From Nitrospirota bacterium (GTDB lineage Bacteria > Nitrospirota > UBA9217), in assembly GCA_963845065.1 (NCBI GenBank), contig CAWJQQ010000009.1, positions 1,120,001 through 1,184,000 on the forward strand: a DNA stretch of 64,000 nucleotides, in the 5' to 3' direction. Made by a program: the position numbers and the translations under genes. Below, in pieces: positions 48,201-58,616 of the stretch (positions are counted from its first letter, which is position 1; every line of letters begins with the position of its first letter). The notes below the pieces were generated by a model. It was given only the letters and a program-made list of their open reading frames with translations. It was not told the DNA's origin and did no database searches.

Positions 48201-50290
48201 CGCCGACAGGGCTTGAACTTTTAAACGTATCCGGAACGGTTTGGAGCGGGATGCAGTTTACAGTTACGTGGATACCTCAGGGAACCGGCAATCTGGATCC
48301 GAAATATATTTCCAATGTAGTACAAATATGGACAGGCAGCACGTTGATCCAATCATTCGTCACGGCAAATTGTTCGTTTACCTATATTTTTGGAAGCGGG
48401 CAAAGCTCCACGGTCGATGCGGCGCTCATTGCTTCAAACGGTGCATGTACAATCAAGGTACAGCGGACCAGCCCGCTTGCTGCCTCCTCTCCCTTTGCTA
48501 CACTATCGATCACCAGAACGGCGCTTCAGAATCCGCAGAATCTCGTTGCCACTCCTACTACCCTTGCGGTTGGCTTTACGTGGACCGCGAACACGGATCT
48601 CGCACTTCAATGCTATGTCTACCAACTCAGCATAAACGGCGGAGCCTACGGACCCTGGATTACGATCCATGCCAATTCCGTCAGCTATAATCTTTCTTCA
48701 TCCAACCTGGCGAGTGGCTACGGAGTGAATGTTGCAATAAATGTGAAGACACGTGACTTGTTTAATAACGACTCCTCTGTCTCCAGTACAAACGCCACGG
48801 CCATGGGCATAGGATCCATGTCAATGACCAATGTTCCGACTGGATATAATCTGCAGATCGACAGTGATTTTCAAAGTGAAAGTCTTGATGGATGGGAAGA
48901 TTTAGCAGGATCCGCGACGTGCGTCACCGCGACGAGTCCGGCATCCGGTGCTTATGCGATGCAAAATGTGTCCGGACAGCAAGCACAATACTCAAGCTCT
49001 TATTTTATTCCTGCATCCGTGAATCGAGTTTATCTGTTAGAGGGATATTTAAAAACTGTTTCGGGCTCCGGAGGGATCGCGTATCTGGGCATCGGATGTT
49101 TTGATCAAAATTACAACATGCTTGGAGGCAATTGGCAATATATTGCTGCATCAGGCGTTACACCGCCGGCCAGCTTTACTTATTACTCTGGAGTGATCGG
49201 AGCAGGCCAATCGATAACGTTGCCTGCGGGAACTGTTTATATCAAAGCATTCGTGATCCTCAATTATTCTCCAGGCGGATCCATTCATCAGGCCCAGGGC
49301 ATCCGGATCCGCGAAGTCATCGAATCGGCATACATAGATAACCTGGCAGTGACAACTGCGAAAATTGGACTGCTGGCAGTCACACAGGCTCAGGTCTTCG
49401 GCCTGGTCGTAGGCGATGCCGGGATCTCGATGGGGTCCAACGCTTATATTTCATGGTCGAATGTCACGAGCCCGCCGGCAATACCGAATGGGACATATAT
49501 CAATGGCAGCGGTGTCTATACCGGGATAGTCAGTGCAAACAATGTATCTGCCGGCACGATAGTAGGAAGCACGATTGAGACCGCCGCTTCTGGTGGTGAG
49601 CAGATTGTCATCTCTGCTGGCGATAACAAAACTCACTATTACGGGAATAATGGCTCAGCCATAGAAGAGCTGGCCACGATCGGAATTGACAGCTCCAGAT
49701 ATACAGCTTCGTGCGCGGTGTTCGGATCCTACACACCCACGAATGATGTGATTGGAGCTGTAATCCTCTCTTATCAGAATACTGCCTTGTTTGCGGAATC
49801 ATATTATGGCTTTGGTATCCAGGCTTTTTCATATTCAAGCACAGCCGTATACGGGACATCAACAACAGGCTCTGGAGTTGAAGGCGCGTCCACTAATAAT
49901 TATGGGGTCTACGGAGCATCCACAAATAGTTACGGTGTTTGTGGAGCATCCACAAATAGTTACGGTGTTTATGGAGCATCCACAAACTCCATTGGAGGCG
50001 TTTTCGTCGGGGCAACTTCAACGAGTTTCACGGCTGGGCAATGTTCAATCGCTTTAGGGGGAACGGGTTCTGGTTCTGCTTCAGTTGGTGCCTCGGCGGC
50101 GGTTTATCCGTCACATGGCTTTTATAACTGGGTTGTTTCAAGTGTCAATATTTGGTTTGAAATTAATATTGGTGGCACCTGGTATAATGCGCCGACAAAT
50201 GGTTTATCTGGATGCGGATATTTCGACGGGACGAATCAAAGATTTTATGGGGGTGGTGGCAGCGGTACAGTTTATTGGCAGAGATATTAA
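45272..50290 (+). CDS. Fused tail hub/tip/central fibre protein (1672 aa)
   Basis: gpL-like Cys motif (C...FCD..C ... CDK....C....N..NF.GF), LPIIYG, WSANP, FnIII-like and carbohydrate-binding-like regions, C-terminal GVYG repeats. Confidence 0.85.
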   Translation: MRSVSANVQTQLSANNAIPRLCVDQYLDGGTVHITNHTSPITFQGITYSPWRFKISGFSCTFPKLGEGYSTDNGSISIDNADNSYNALIAYAEFSGRIIRLRWMFLNLTTLAPIDGYPTTDDSLGIITGRMNATKINESDYTCDINITNIFDRSQSYGPYRILGPLCNNTFCDLHCTLNGGVLVSGTASAGSTTSLTSTALKSVSSGGTLANGVSMVGAMVDFDSGANLNMLAYIATHNTSTGQVTFAALGSSVAVGDAFHLECDKSQTACTTLSNLPNFDGFDELVVAPGQQVQSPLSSIPTIITAAPTPILIQGNGNLLPIIYGEGQVDGVLLDVAFTNPMAGNPQLFHVLYGICAGPIDSIVTVVINGVEVNPVNMPSIVIQQIYTGTTTQSFTFADGSTQYFKRVACAWLTFPATYADSTGAFDNPKVTFVVKGLQVQKYNSNGTLNGSPAWSANPIWCCVDYLMNQAQSNQLMPASMFNWPLIAAAGAAIDTSGIQCVLVLSSQTKDSDIISMFLLAAMAFPYYDGQTFGISLEGAGAAVFNFDDKSGGQTNDNIQVLTFDGPWEDNIDDVYNQVTISYTDTQVRQRSAVLNAALPASNTTIVIYGPNGAIVPAGTVASPLNGIGNSSGGTMFIPSGDVDGMGCLCSYTGVDGHGNLTGVKPTIYIGGEAITYTGMSVYNPPILIDGVYVTYAWNAVFTLTGCSVRQNNYANGYPVYQGLQTFPSETATFQDDANILKIGRVIPKQISASVIPNFKQALSTSQTMVRKNIQGNHYCSLDGMRDSFALTIGDLVNLTSKRPGWVTQKWRIVQTNEQEFANVRRSYQFKYHEDSWYGQNQTLPATPLTSLLPNPFMAPGPATSLALSEGGYVGSDGTYVPTLTLTYNLPANAAYWGNPLIQISVNSGVFTNFGMDSSEGLGFLIDGLKGKFVEGNTVTVRVVAVNSLNSSVTASIASSPTVSATITGAAITLTTPTGLELLNVSGTVWSGMQFTVTWIPQGTGNLDPKYISNVVQIWTGSTLIQSFVTANCSFTYIFGSGQSSTVDAALIASNGACTIKVQRTSPLAASSPFATLSITRTALQNPQNLVATPTTLAVGFTWTANTDLALQCYVYQLSINGGAYGPWITIHANSVSYNLSSSNLASGYGVNVAINVKTRDLFNNDSSVSSTNATAMGIGSMSMTNVPTGYNLQIDSDFQSESLDGWEDLAGSATCVTATSPASGAYAMQNVSGQQAQYSSSYFIPASVNRVYLLEGYLKTVSGSGGIAYLGIGCFDQNYNMLGGNWQYIAASGVTPPASFTYYSGVIGAGQSITLPAGTVYIKAFVILNYSPGGSIHQAQGIRIREVIESAYIDNLAVTTAKIGLLAVTQAQVFGLVVGDAGISMGSNAYISWSNVTSPPAIPNGTYINGSGVYTGIVSANNVSAGTIVGSTIETAASGGEQIVISAGDNKTHYYGNNGSAIEELATIGIDSSRYTASCAVFGSYTPTNDVIGAVILSYQNTALFAESYYGFGIQAFSYSSTAVYGTSTTGSGVEGASTNNYGVYGASTNSYGVCGASTNSYGVYGASTNSIGGVFVGATSTSFTAGQCSIALGGTGSGSASVGASAAVYPSHGFYNWVVSSVNIWFEINIGGTWYNAPTNGLSGCGYFDGTNQRFYGGGGSGTVYWQRY
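49883..49990 (+). repeat. 30-bp tandem repeats encoding GASTNSYGVY
   Basis: GGAGCATCCACAAATAGTTACGGTGTTT units, about 3.5 copies. Confidence 0.9.
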
Positions 50291-50305
50291 AACAGGAGGA
50301 TAAGA

Positions 50306-50479
50306 ATGGCGCAAAAATTAATAACGGATATTAAGGCGGATTTGGCACTTGGACAAAAGCTTTCTGAATACGCTCAAATGGTGCTTGAGCTCGGAGAGGA
50401 GAATCTGCGTCTCAAAACAGAAAACGCAGTACTCAGAAAACAACTATCGGAGGTGGAGAATGGCGCTCCAAAAAGTTAA
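50306..50479 (+). CDS. 57-aa coiled-coil protein (below ORF-track cutoff)
   Basis: RBS AGGAGG; MAQKLITDIK...EENLRLKTENAVLRKQL. Confidence 0.6.
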   Translation: MAQKLITDIKADLALGQKLSEYAQMVLELGEENLRLKTENAVLRKQLSEVENGAPKS

Positions 50480-50819
50480 GAATTTACCAACGGGATTCTC
50501 GGCGGAATACTGGACGATCACAAGATTGGAGATCGATAAGATCAACAAGAGTGCTATCGTCACCCTGGCTTGTTATAAAGACGCGGCGACTCGGCAAGCC
50601 AATGGTCAACCTATCGAACAGCAGCGATTTCATTGGAGCGGGAATGATTACCCGTTCACCGATCCAACCGGCTGCCTTTATTCGCAGGCATATGCCAAGA
50701 TCAAGGAAGTGAAGAAGGTGCCGGCGACTATCCCTGTAGCTCCGGGTGCGACGAATCCTGCGCCGACTATCGGGACGCAAACCGTATCGACGTGGTTTTC
50801 GGATGCCGTGGATTGCTAG
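50460..50819 (+). CDS. Tail fibre-associated/chaperone-like protein
   Basis: MALQK, Y.QAY..IK, F.DA.DC C-terminus. Confidence 0.6.
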   Translation: MALQKVKNLPTGFSAEYWTITRLEIDKINKSAIVTLACYKDAATRQANGQPIEQQRFHWSGNDYPFTDPTGCLYSQAYAKIKEVKKVPATIPVAPGATNPAPTIGTQTVSTWFSDAVDC

Positions 50820-50825
50820 ATTAAT

Positions 50826-51389
50826 TTATTCGGCGATTTGATATGTTAATACGCCAACTGCAGCAGGCTGGTGAGTGGCGAGATAAGCGGCAAAATCGGC
50901 ACAATTGTTATCACCTGGATCAGGAGTGGGAACTGATGGGTCATTTGTAACGTCAAAAAACCAGGCAGTCATGGTGAATTGGCCCAATGGATGATTGCCA
51001 AGCAAAGTGCCACCCATCAACAAATTATATGTTCCGCCTGCTTTGATCCATGGCCATGCGTAGTAACAGCCCCCTGGCTCTTGATCGGACTGAAGTCCAT
51101 ACCAAAATCCTTGTATTGCGTTTGGCGTATTATTCACAACAGTTCCCTGGAAGGTTAATGTTGACAGTGAATCCGAATTTAACGATATTACTCCAGCATC
51201 GAAAGTTGAAGTGGTTGATGTGAGTGAAACAGGAGAATTTATGCATTGTGATTGAGCAGTAATGTTCATGCAACTTATCGCGATAGAACCGGGAGAGGGA
51301 GGATCTACTGGATCGACTGAACTGGAACTATTGCCACATGCTGAAAGCATTAAAGCGATCGCGATTGATATGAATAATTGTTGTTTCAT
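50826..51389 (-). CDS. Counter-oriented lipoprotein moron
   Basis: Lipobox LSAC, RBS GGGGAG, last gene before attR. Confidence 0.8.
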   Translation of the reverse strand: MKQQLFISIAIALMLSACGNSSSSVDPVDPPSPGSIAISCMNITAQSQCINSPVSLTSTTSTFDAGVISLNSDSLSTLTFQGTVVNNTPNAIQGFWYGLQSDQEPGGCYYAWPWIKAGGTYNLLMGGTLLGNHPLGQFTMTAWFFDVTNDPSVPTPDPGDNNCADFAAYLATHQPAAVGVLTYQIAE

Positions 51390-51560
51390 GATTATCTCCC
51401 CCTATATGATCTTTGCTCATAGTATATCATAGTCATCGTTAAATGACACCTTGACCGATTACCACGGATTGTGCTACATTGTTGCCTGATATTGACTGAA
51501 TTTTCCACTTTTTGTTTAAGGCCATGCTTTAAAATCAATAGCTTACTTGCGAGAACACGA

Positions 51561-51605
51561 CTCCGAAGCCAAAGGTCGTGGGTCCGAATCCCGCCGGGCG
51601 CACCA
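51561..51605 (+). repeat. attR core (duplicated tRNA-Arg 3' half)
   Basis: Identical to 5571-5615; IHF-consensus AATCAATAGCTTA at 51533-51545. Confidence 0.97.
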
Positions 51606-51738
51606 GATTCAATTCCGAGACTGTATAATCGTTTAATAACGGAGCGATGTCAGAAGGTTTATAACTTTCGGGCCTAGAGGTTTAAGAAGAAAGATTCCCC
51701 TGCGTAACTTTGTTCTTATTGTATTTTAAATTTTCTTG

Positions 51739-51767
51739 TTGCATCCAATGCCAAAGATACGTATAAT
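51739..51767 (+). promoter_or_regulatory. Sigma70 promoter for tRNA-Lys/Leu
   Basis: TTGCAT-17 nt-TATAAT. Confidence 0.65.
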
Positions 51768-51802
51768 AGAGCCGTTTTGCACGTGGAACTCTCAGTACTT
51801 AC

Positions 51803-51878
<76 letters not shown>

Positions 51879-51967
51879 TAACAAAATCAGGGAGCAGTGG
51901 GTAATGGGCAGGAATCCGTTGAGAGGGATGCTGCACAATGCTCACTGCTTTCTTTTTATCAACCACT

Positions 51968-52050
51968 GCGAGAGTGGCGGAACTGGCAGACGCGCCAGAC
52001 TTAGGATCTGGTGGGTGACCGTGGGGGTTCAAATCCCCCCTCTCGCACCA
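51968..52050 (+). tRNA. tRNA-Leu(TAG)
   Basis: CCAGA-CT TAG GA-TCTGG, variable arm, CCA end; upstream of tig. Confidence 0.97.
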
Positions 52051-52169
52051 ATATTAGCGTACACTGATAATGCTTGAAGTTCAAAAAAAAAACTTGCAAA
52101 ACATTGTTCGGAAGAAACGATGGATTCCCATTAGACCATAGTTAGACTTTTTAGAGAAGGCGGTAAAAA

Positions 52170-53477
52170 ATGAAATCCGTTATAGAAGATATCACTACGG
52201 TAAAGAAAAAAATCACTATCGAACTTACACCTGATGAAGTAACCAAAGAGTTTGACAAGGCACTAGCAGACGTTGGGAAGAAGGCAAAAATCGCCGGGTT
52301 CCGTCCCGGCAAGGCGCCGAAAAACATTGTCGAGAGACACTATGGTGACGAGGTGAGGAGCGAGGTAGTGCATAGGCTCGTTACCGAATCATATCTGAAG
52401 GCGGTCCAAGAGCATAATTTGAGTCCTGTTGATATGCCCGAGATCGACAATGTATCAACACTAGTCAAAAATTCACCGCTCACCTTCAAGGCCACCGTCG
52501 AAGTCCGACCGGACTTCGAACTCGGCGCTTATGATGGTATTGAAGTGAAGGAATCGACTGTCTCTGTAACCGATGAAGAGGTCAGCCAGACCATAGATCG
52601 CTTACGTGAGATGTATGCCCAGCTTGAGGTTGTTGAAGGCCGGCCGCTCGAGAAAAACGACACGGCAATCATCGATTTCGAGGGATTTAGCGAAGGGAAG
52701 ACCATAGAAGGCGCCAAGGGGGTAGATTATATGCTGTCCTTCGGTTCGAATTCCCTGATCCCCGGTTTCGAAGACCAACTTGTGGGCATGAACCGAAGCG
52801 AAACACGTGAGATCAAAGTCACGTTTCCGACTGATTACACCAACAAGGACTTAGCTGGTAAGGATGCCACCTTTACGGTTACTCTGAAGGAGATCAAAAA
52901 GAAGGTGCTGCCCGATTTGAACGATGATTTCGCGAAAGACATTGGCAACAACGCGACAGTAGCTGAACTCAAAGAGGGAATCAAAAAAGACATAGAATAT
53001 CGGAAGAAAAACGACCAGACCTCTGAACAGCGCGAAGAACTGCTTTCTAAAGTAGTAGATGCCCATACCTTCGACATACCGCCGGGAATGGTTGACCGGG
53101 AACTCCAGTCTATGGCGCGATCCCATGCAACACGCTTGACCCGCCAGGGGATTGACGTGAAGACCTTTGACTTTGCAAAATTTAGCGAAGAGAACAAGCC
53201 GTTGGCGCAAAAGCGTGTAAAGGGCATTTTACTGCTCGATGTGATTGCGGAAAAGGAAAAGGTTGATGTGACTGACCAGGAAGTCACGTCCGCGATCGCG
53301 GTCATGGCCCGAAGCTCCGGACAGACCACTGATGCGGTCAAGAAATATTATGAATCGCTTGACGGAGGACTTGAGAACTTACGGTCCTCGCTTGTGCGGG
53401 AAAAGACTCTCAGTCTCTTGCTTTCACGGGCAAAGAAGAGTTATAATAATACAAAAGAAAAAAATGAGGAGAAATAA
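52170..53477 (+). CDS. tig: Trigger factor
   Basis: [12 protein letters not shown] domain ([11 protein letters not shown]), synteny with clpPX. Confidence 0.98.
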   Translation: MKSVIEDITTVKKKITIELTPDEVTKEFDKALADVGKKAKIAGFRPGKAPKNIVERHYGDEVRSEVVHRLVTESYLKAVQEHNLSPVDMPEIDNVSTLVKNSPLTFKATVEVRPDFELGAYDGIEVKESTVSVTDEEVSQTIDRLREMYAQLEVVEGRPLEKNDTAIIDFEGFSEGKTIEGAKGVDYMLSFGSNSLIPGFEDQLVGMNRSETREIKVTFPTDYTNKDLAGKDATFTVTLKEIKKKVLPDLNDDFAKDIGNNATVAELKEGIKKDIEYRKKNDQTSEQREELLSKVVDAHTFDIPPGMVDRELQSMARSHATRLTRQGIDVKTFDFAKFSEENKPLAQKRVKGILLLDVIAEKEKVDVTDQEVTSAIAVMARSSGQTTDAVKKYYESLDGGLENLRSSLVREKTLSLLLSRAKKSYNNTKEKNEEK

Positions 53478-54082
53478 TGTCATTAATTCCCATTGTTGTT
53501 GAACAGACAAGCCGCGGTGAACGGGCATACGATATCTATTCCCGCCTCCTGAAGGACAGAATCATCTTCCTCGGGACGGCAATCGATGATATAGTTGCAA
53601 ATACTGTGATCGCACAGCTCCTCTTCCTGGAGGCCGATGATCCTGATAAGGACATTTACATTTATATCAATTCACCAGGCGGCATAGTTACCGCAGGCCT
53701 CGCTATCTATGACACCATGAACTACATCAAGTCATCTGTCTCGACCATATGTATCGGACAGGCAGCGAGCATGGGTGCCCTGCTTTTGGCCGCCGGTACA
53801 AAGGGCAAGCGGTTTTCCCTGCCTCACGCGCGCATCATGATTCATCAACCCATGGGCGGTTTTCAAGGGCAAGCTACGGATATCGAAATCCATGCCCGGG
53901 AGATTCTGAACATGAAGGACACCCTTAACAATATCTTGGCGAACCATACCGGCCAGCCGATCGAAAAGATCCGGACCGATACGGATCGTGATTTTTTTAT
54001 GTCCGGCGAGGACGCAAAAACATATGGAATTGTAGATGAGGTTATTTCCAAGAAAGTGTCCCGCGTCGCTAAGGAGAAGTAA
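53477..54082 (+). CDS. clpP: ATP-dependent Clp protease proteolytic subunit
   Basis: [30 protein letters not shown]. Confidence 0.99.
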   Translation: MSLIPIVVEQTSRGERAYDIYSRLLKDRIIFLGTAIDDIVANTVIAQLLFLEADDPDKDIYIYINSPGGIVTAGLAIYDTMNYIKSSVSTICIGQAASMGALLLAAGTKGKRFSLPHARIMIHQPMGGFQGQATDIEIHAREILNMKDTLNNILANHTGQPIEKIRTDTDRDFFMSGEDAKTYGIVDEVISKKVSRVAKEK

Positions 54083-54086
54083 AAGT

Positions 54087-55331
54087 ATGACGGAAAAAAA
54101 AGAACAGCATACTACACCCCTTAAATGCTCGTTTTGCGGCAAGGGGCAGGAAGAAGTGAAAAAGCTCATTGCCGGGCCATCGGTATTCATCTGCAACGAA
54201 TGCGTAGACCTGTGCAACGAAATCATCGCAGAAGAGTGGGAAGAGACAAAAGAGGCGAAGATCCCGCGCCTGCCGAAACCTTCCGAGATCAAACGCTCCC
54301 TCGACGAGTACGTAATCGGACAGGAACGGGCCAAGAAGATCCTGTCCGTGGCCGTGCATAATCATTATAAGCGCATTGGAATTCAGCAGGAGATCGGCGA
54401 TGAGGTGGAGCTGCAGAAAAGTAATATCATGCTGATCGGACCAACGGGAGTCGGCAAGACGCTGCTTGCCCAAACCCTGGCGCGCATTCTTGATGTGCCA
54501 TTCACGATCGCCGATGCCACGACGCTTACTGAGGCGGGTTATGTGGGAGAAGACGTAGAGAACATCATCCTCAAACTTCTCCAGAGCGCAAATTACGATG
54601 TCGAACGAGCCCAGCGCGGGATTGTGTATATCGACGAGATCGATAAAATCAGCCGCAAGTCTGAAAGTCCATCGATCACTCGTGATGTGTCAGGGGAGGG
54701 CGTCCAACAGGCGCTCCTCAAGCTAATCGAAGGGACAGTCGCAAGCGTCCCGCCTCAGGGCGGTCGCAAACATCCCCACCAGGAATTCATCCAGGTGGAC
54801 ACTAAGAACATTCTGTTTATCTGCGGTGGGGCTTTCGTCGGGATCGAATCAATCATCGAGCAGCGGGTTGGCAAGAAAACAATGGGCTTCGGAGCCGATA
54901 TCCAAAGTAAACTGGAGCGGAAATTGAGCGAAATGCTCGCCGTGCTTCAACCAGAAGACCTGTTGAAGTACGGCCTCATCCCGGAATTTATTGGGCGCAT
55001 GCCGGTTGTGGCTACACTCGAAGAACTCGATGAACATGCTCTTATCGATATCCTTACACGGCCCAAGAATGCGTTGACCAAACAGTACATGAAACTGCTC
55101 GCCCTGGAGGGATGCAAGCTGCGCTTTACCGAGGGCGCCATGAATGCGATTGCCAAGAAGGCAATCAACAGGAAGACGGGTGCACGCGGGCTCCGGGCGA
55201 TACTCGAAGACGTGATGCTGAACGTGATGTACGACGTGCCGTCGCAGCCGGGTATCAGAGAGTGCGTAATCAGCGAAGAAGTGATCATTGATGGTGCTGA
55301 ACCCCTGCTCATCTACGAGAAAATAGCGTAG
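54087..55331 (+). CDS. clpX: Clp protease ATP-binding subunit
   Basis: CSFCGK Zn finger, [23 protein letters not shown]. Confidence 0.99.
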   Translation: MTEKKEQHTTPLKCSFCGKGQEEVKKLIAGPSVFICNECVDLCNEIIAEEWEETKEAKIPRLPKPSEIKRSLDEYVIGQERAKKILSVAVHNHYKRIGIQQEIGDEVELQKSNIMLIGPTGVGKTLLAQTLARILDVPFTIADATTLTEAGYVGEDVENIILKLLQSANYDVERAQRGIVYIDEIDKISRKSESPSITRDVSGEGVQQALLKLIEGTVASVPPQGGRKHPHQEFIQVDTKNILFICGGAFVGIESIIEQRVGKKTMGFGADIQSKLERKLSEMLAVLQPEDLLKYGLIPEFIGRMPVVATLEELDEHALIDILTRPKNALTKQYMKLLALEGCKLRFTEGAMNAIAKKAINRKTGARGLRAILEDVMLNVMYDVPSQPGIRECVISEEVIIDGAEPLLIYEKIA

Positions 55332-55361
55332 CTGTCGGAGAACGGAAAGCGGCCAATAAGG

Positions 55362-55401
55362 AGATGCAGGATTCTAAATTGTAATCTTGCATCTTTTTTT
55401 A
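55362..55401 (+). terminator. Rho-independent terminator after clpX
   Basis: AGATGCAGGATT...AATCTTGCATCT followed by T run. Confidence 0.65.
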
Positions 55402-55487
55402 GTATTCTGCGTGAGAACCCCCACATGCATTAGCTATGGGGATATGTCAATCTTGATTCTGGCCACTGACTTTCAACTTTCAAACCC

Positions 55488-56114
55488 ATGAAAATATTTT
55501 CCGCCGAATTTGTCGTCAGTGCGCCGGGGCCAGAGCAGTTTCCGAAAGATGGGAAACCGCAGATAGCTATTGCCGGCCGCTCAAACGTTGGAAAATCCTC
55601 GATCCTCAACGCGTTGCTTCACCGCAAAAACCTCGTGAAGACAAGTAGAACGCCGGGCAAGACCCAGCTCATAAATTTTTTCATCATTAACGATTCATTT
55701 TATTTTGTTGACCTTCCCGGCTACGGGTATGCGCGCGTCCCGCAAGCGGTCACCGACGCGTGGGCACCCATGATCGAAGGTTATTTGAAAAACTCCCCTC
55801 GACTGGCCGCCGTCATAGTGCTTCTCGATAGTAGGCGAACGCCAGATGCACGCGACATTCGACTTATCGAATGGTTGCGGCAGTATGACTTCCCGGCAAT
55901 ATATGCGTTGACCAAGTCAGACAAGCTGAACCGGCAGGAGATGGAGCGGGCGGGGAGGGCTGTTAGCGCCGAACTGGACCTCTCAAGGCCGTTGCTTCTA
56001 ACATCCGCAAAAAGCGGACTCGGCATGAAGGAACTTTGGGAAGAGATCAATAGCGTGATGTTGAAGAAACGAACCGGAGAAGCGGTGGAAAAGACACGGG
56101 AAAAAAGTTCTTGA
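55488..56114 (+). CDS. engB: Ribosome biogenesis GTPase EngB/YihA/YsxC
   Basis: GRSNVGKSS, TPGKT, DLPGYG, TKSDK. Confidence 0.97.
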   Translation: MKIFSAEFVVSAPGPEQFPKDGKPQIAIAGRSNVGKSSILNALLHRKNLVKTSRTPGKTQLINFFIINDSFYFVDLPGYGYARVPQAVTDAWAPMIEGYLKNSPRLAAVIVLLDSRRTPDARDIRLIEWLRQYDFPAIYALTKSDKLNRQEMERAGRAVSAELDLSRPLLLTSAKSGLGMKELWEEINSVMLKKRTGEAVEKTREKSS

Positions 56115-56207
56115 GGAATTGCCAGTCCGTTGCGCCATTCGCGGTAAACCTGAACCCGTTAGATCACATCTTGTCCGTTGTTACGACTCCGCTCAAGGGA
56201 GCTTTCC

Positions 56208-57737
56208 ATGGAAATCGTAAATGACCTCACTGCATCCCTCTTGTGGGCTTTGGTCCTCAGCTTGCTCATTTATGTCAGCAGCCACATCGCCATAGGATTT
56301 CTTTCGAAGAAGTCTGCCCTGCTAAAACCTATAGGAACGGGTCTCAAACTCATAGCGCTTTTCCTGTCAATCCAGATATTCCTGCATCTAGGGGCTGCTG
56401 AGGCCCATCCAACACTTTCCCTCCAAATGAATTTTGTCTCCTGGCTGGTGTTTACCTTTGCAGCACTCCGGCTCGGGCTGTACATCTACGGCGACCTTTT
56501 CGTGGTCCGCTGGAAACGTGGGAGTTTTCCTGGCGCGTTCAAGAATATCATCACCGCGTTAATTATCGTGGTTGTGGCCCTAATACTGCTCAAAGAAATT
56601 CTGAACATCAACGTCACCTCGCTCATCGCGACGACCACCGTATTGACCGCGACAATCGGTTTGGCGTTTCAGAGCACGCTGGCTAATATGCTGGCGGGAC
56701 TTACAATTCATCTCGAAAAGTCTCTCAAGCAAGGCGACTGGATTTCGGTTGGTGGCCATGAAGGCCGCGTCATGGACATATCGCTCCGCTCTTCGCGGAT
56801 CATAACCATCGAGCACAACGAAGTGTTCATCCCGAACAGCAAAGTGCTTAGCGAAGCGGTGGTTAATTACAGTTTACCGAATACGCTTCAGACCAGAAAG
56901 CTGAATGTCGGCGTGCAGTACGCTGTCCCACCGAACAAAGTAAACAAAGTTATTCGGGATGTTCTGATGGATGTGCAGGGCGTGAGCAAACGGCCTGAGC
57001 CAATCATCCGGGTTATAAACTACGGAGATTTCTCGGTCCACTACGAGATCAGGTATACTATCAGCGATTTTTCACAGTATGTCGAAATCGAGGCTGAGAT
57101 CATGAACCTACTCTGGTATCGGTTTAAGCGAGCCGGAATAAAAATTCCCGTGCCGATCAGGGACGTGCGTCTCACGCAAGTCACTCCGGAAAGTGCGCTG
57201 GCCGACAGAGAAAGGCAGGCTGGTGAAATCCTGATGCTGATGGAAAAGGTGGAAATGCTTACTGCTCTCTCAAAGCAGGAGCTTAAAAACCTTGTGAAGC
57301 AGGTAAGGACTGAGACTTATTCAGTCGGCGAGGTACCCGTGCGTCAAGGCGATCAAGGCGATTCGTTCTATATTATTAAAAGCGGCAGGGTGGACGTAGT
57401 TGTGGAAAAATCTCCCGGGGAAAAAGCGGTCGTAGCTACGATTGGACCGGGAAATTTTTTCGGAGAAATGAGCCTGCTAACCGGCGCCGTCCGTACTGCC
57501 AGCATTCACGTGAAAAGTGATGCCGAATTCATCGTCATTGACAAAGACAGTTTTGGCTCCACGCTCATTAATAATCCTTCCATAGCTGAATCTCTCAGCC
57601 ACATTCTTTCAGAACGCCAGGCCGGTCTCGATGCAGAGCGCGAACGGCTCGACGCATTTGCGCTTGAACGGCGAAAGAAAGACGTTTCGGGGAAGATGCT
57701 CTCTAAAATCAAGGAATTCTTCGGCCTGGTAAAATAG
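56208..57737 (+). CDS. MscS-family mechanosensitive channel with cyclic-nucleotide-binding domain
   Basis: IGLAFQSTLAN..AG, GDWI, IPNS; C-terminal GDSFYII.SG, FFGEMSLL...RTA. Confidence 0.93.
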   Translation: MEIVNDLTASLLWALVLSLLIYVSSHIAIGFLSKKSALLKPIGTGLKLIALFLSIQIFLHLGAAEAHPTLSLQMNFVSWLVFTFAALRLGLYIYGDLFVVRWKRGSFPGAFKNIITALIIVVVALILLKEILNINVTSLIATTTVLTATIGLAFQSTLANMLAGLTIHLEKSLKQGDWISVGGHEGRVMDISLRSSRIITIEHNEVFIPNSKVLSEAVVNYSLPNTLQTRKLNVGVQYAVPPNKVNKVIRDVLMDVQGVSKRPEPIIRVINYGDFSVHYEIRYTISDFSQYVEIEAEIMNLLWYRFKRAGIKIPVPIRDVRLTQVTPESALADRERQAGEILMLMEKVEMLTALSKQELKNLVKQVRTETYSVGEVPVRQGDQGDSFYIIKSGRVDVVVEKSPGEKAVVATIGPGNFFGEMSLLTGAVRTASIHVKSDAEFIVIDKDSFGSTLINNPSIAESLSHILSERQAGLDAERERLDAFALERRKKDVSGKMLSKIKEFFGLVK

Positions 57738-58184
57738 TATCGTACGGATGCTAGACAAAGGCAATCTTCTTCAGTTTCCCTTAAACAGTATGGAAACGTG
57801 GTCGATCCAAGAAAATCTAATTTCATACGTTGTCATCTCAGTGATCGATGTGTAATGTCTATGGAGCAATACCAATTTCAATATCAATCGAGATGACACG
57901 TTCTCTGTCTTAATGATTCTCCATCCATGGTTTTATATGTTTACATGAATTAATGGCAATCAATCTGTAAACGAAACTTGCTTTCTTGACTTTTACCAGA
58001 TCAGCGAAAGAGTTTAGTGTCGTGCAGTAATCTGCACCGCGTGAGTTTAATTTATACGCCGCATGATGAGTAGGGATTTTTATGGTATAATCGTTCTGTT
58101 TGAATCTTATTCAACCTTCCAATCTCAGGTCGCGTAATCAGACATATAATTGCGTATTAAAACATAAATATTGCAAATAGTGTA

Positions 58185-58320
58185 GTTGGAAAACCAACAG
58201 TTTGTTGGATAACCAGCGCCATTTTTGAGCGAATACTCGCAGAGTTAGTATTTTAAAGAGTTGTATTTATTGATAACTATTTGTTATTTAAATGTATTCA
58301 GTTAATGGCATCTTTGTTGC
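58185..58320 (+). promoter_or_regulatory. Sigma54 (-24/-12) promoter with tandem palindromic upstream activator sites
   Basis: TGGCAT-CTTTG-TTGC at 58306-58320; GTTGGAAAACCAAC (58185-58198) and GTTGGATAACCAGC (58204-58217). Confidence 0.65.
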
Positions 58321-58616
58321 TATCATACACATGTTCAGAAAATAGAAATATTTATTTGCAATTATCTGTAATGAACTGTATTGTTAGGCTTTTTTATAAA
58401 TAATAGTAACTCGTGCCATTTTGTAGGGATGTAATCACAATGATACGCACATTGCTAGAGAGAATTCAGCAGAATATTAATGCCTGACATATTATCATCA
58501 AGAATTCAAACATATCAAAAACGGAAAAGGAGGGAAAATTTATTGTAACTACAGGTTGTACTTTTTAGCAGCTGTTATTTTGTGACATTTCAATAATAAA
58601 ACAAGGAGGAAACAGA

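Larger units (their letters stand above)
5571..51605. mobile_element. Prophage (~46 kb, siphovirus-like) integrated in tRNA-Arg(CCG)
   Basis: 45-bp direct repeat at both ends, adjacent integrase, and immunity, replication, packaging, head, lysis and tail modules. Confidence 0.97.

Noticed and set aside
51561..51605. An additional tRNA-Arg gene
   Set aside because: Only the 3' half is present; it is the attR duplication.
56208..57737. MscS-cNMP fusion as a novelty
   Set aside because: Known architecture (bacterial cyclic-nucleotide-gated MscS homologues).
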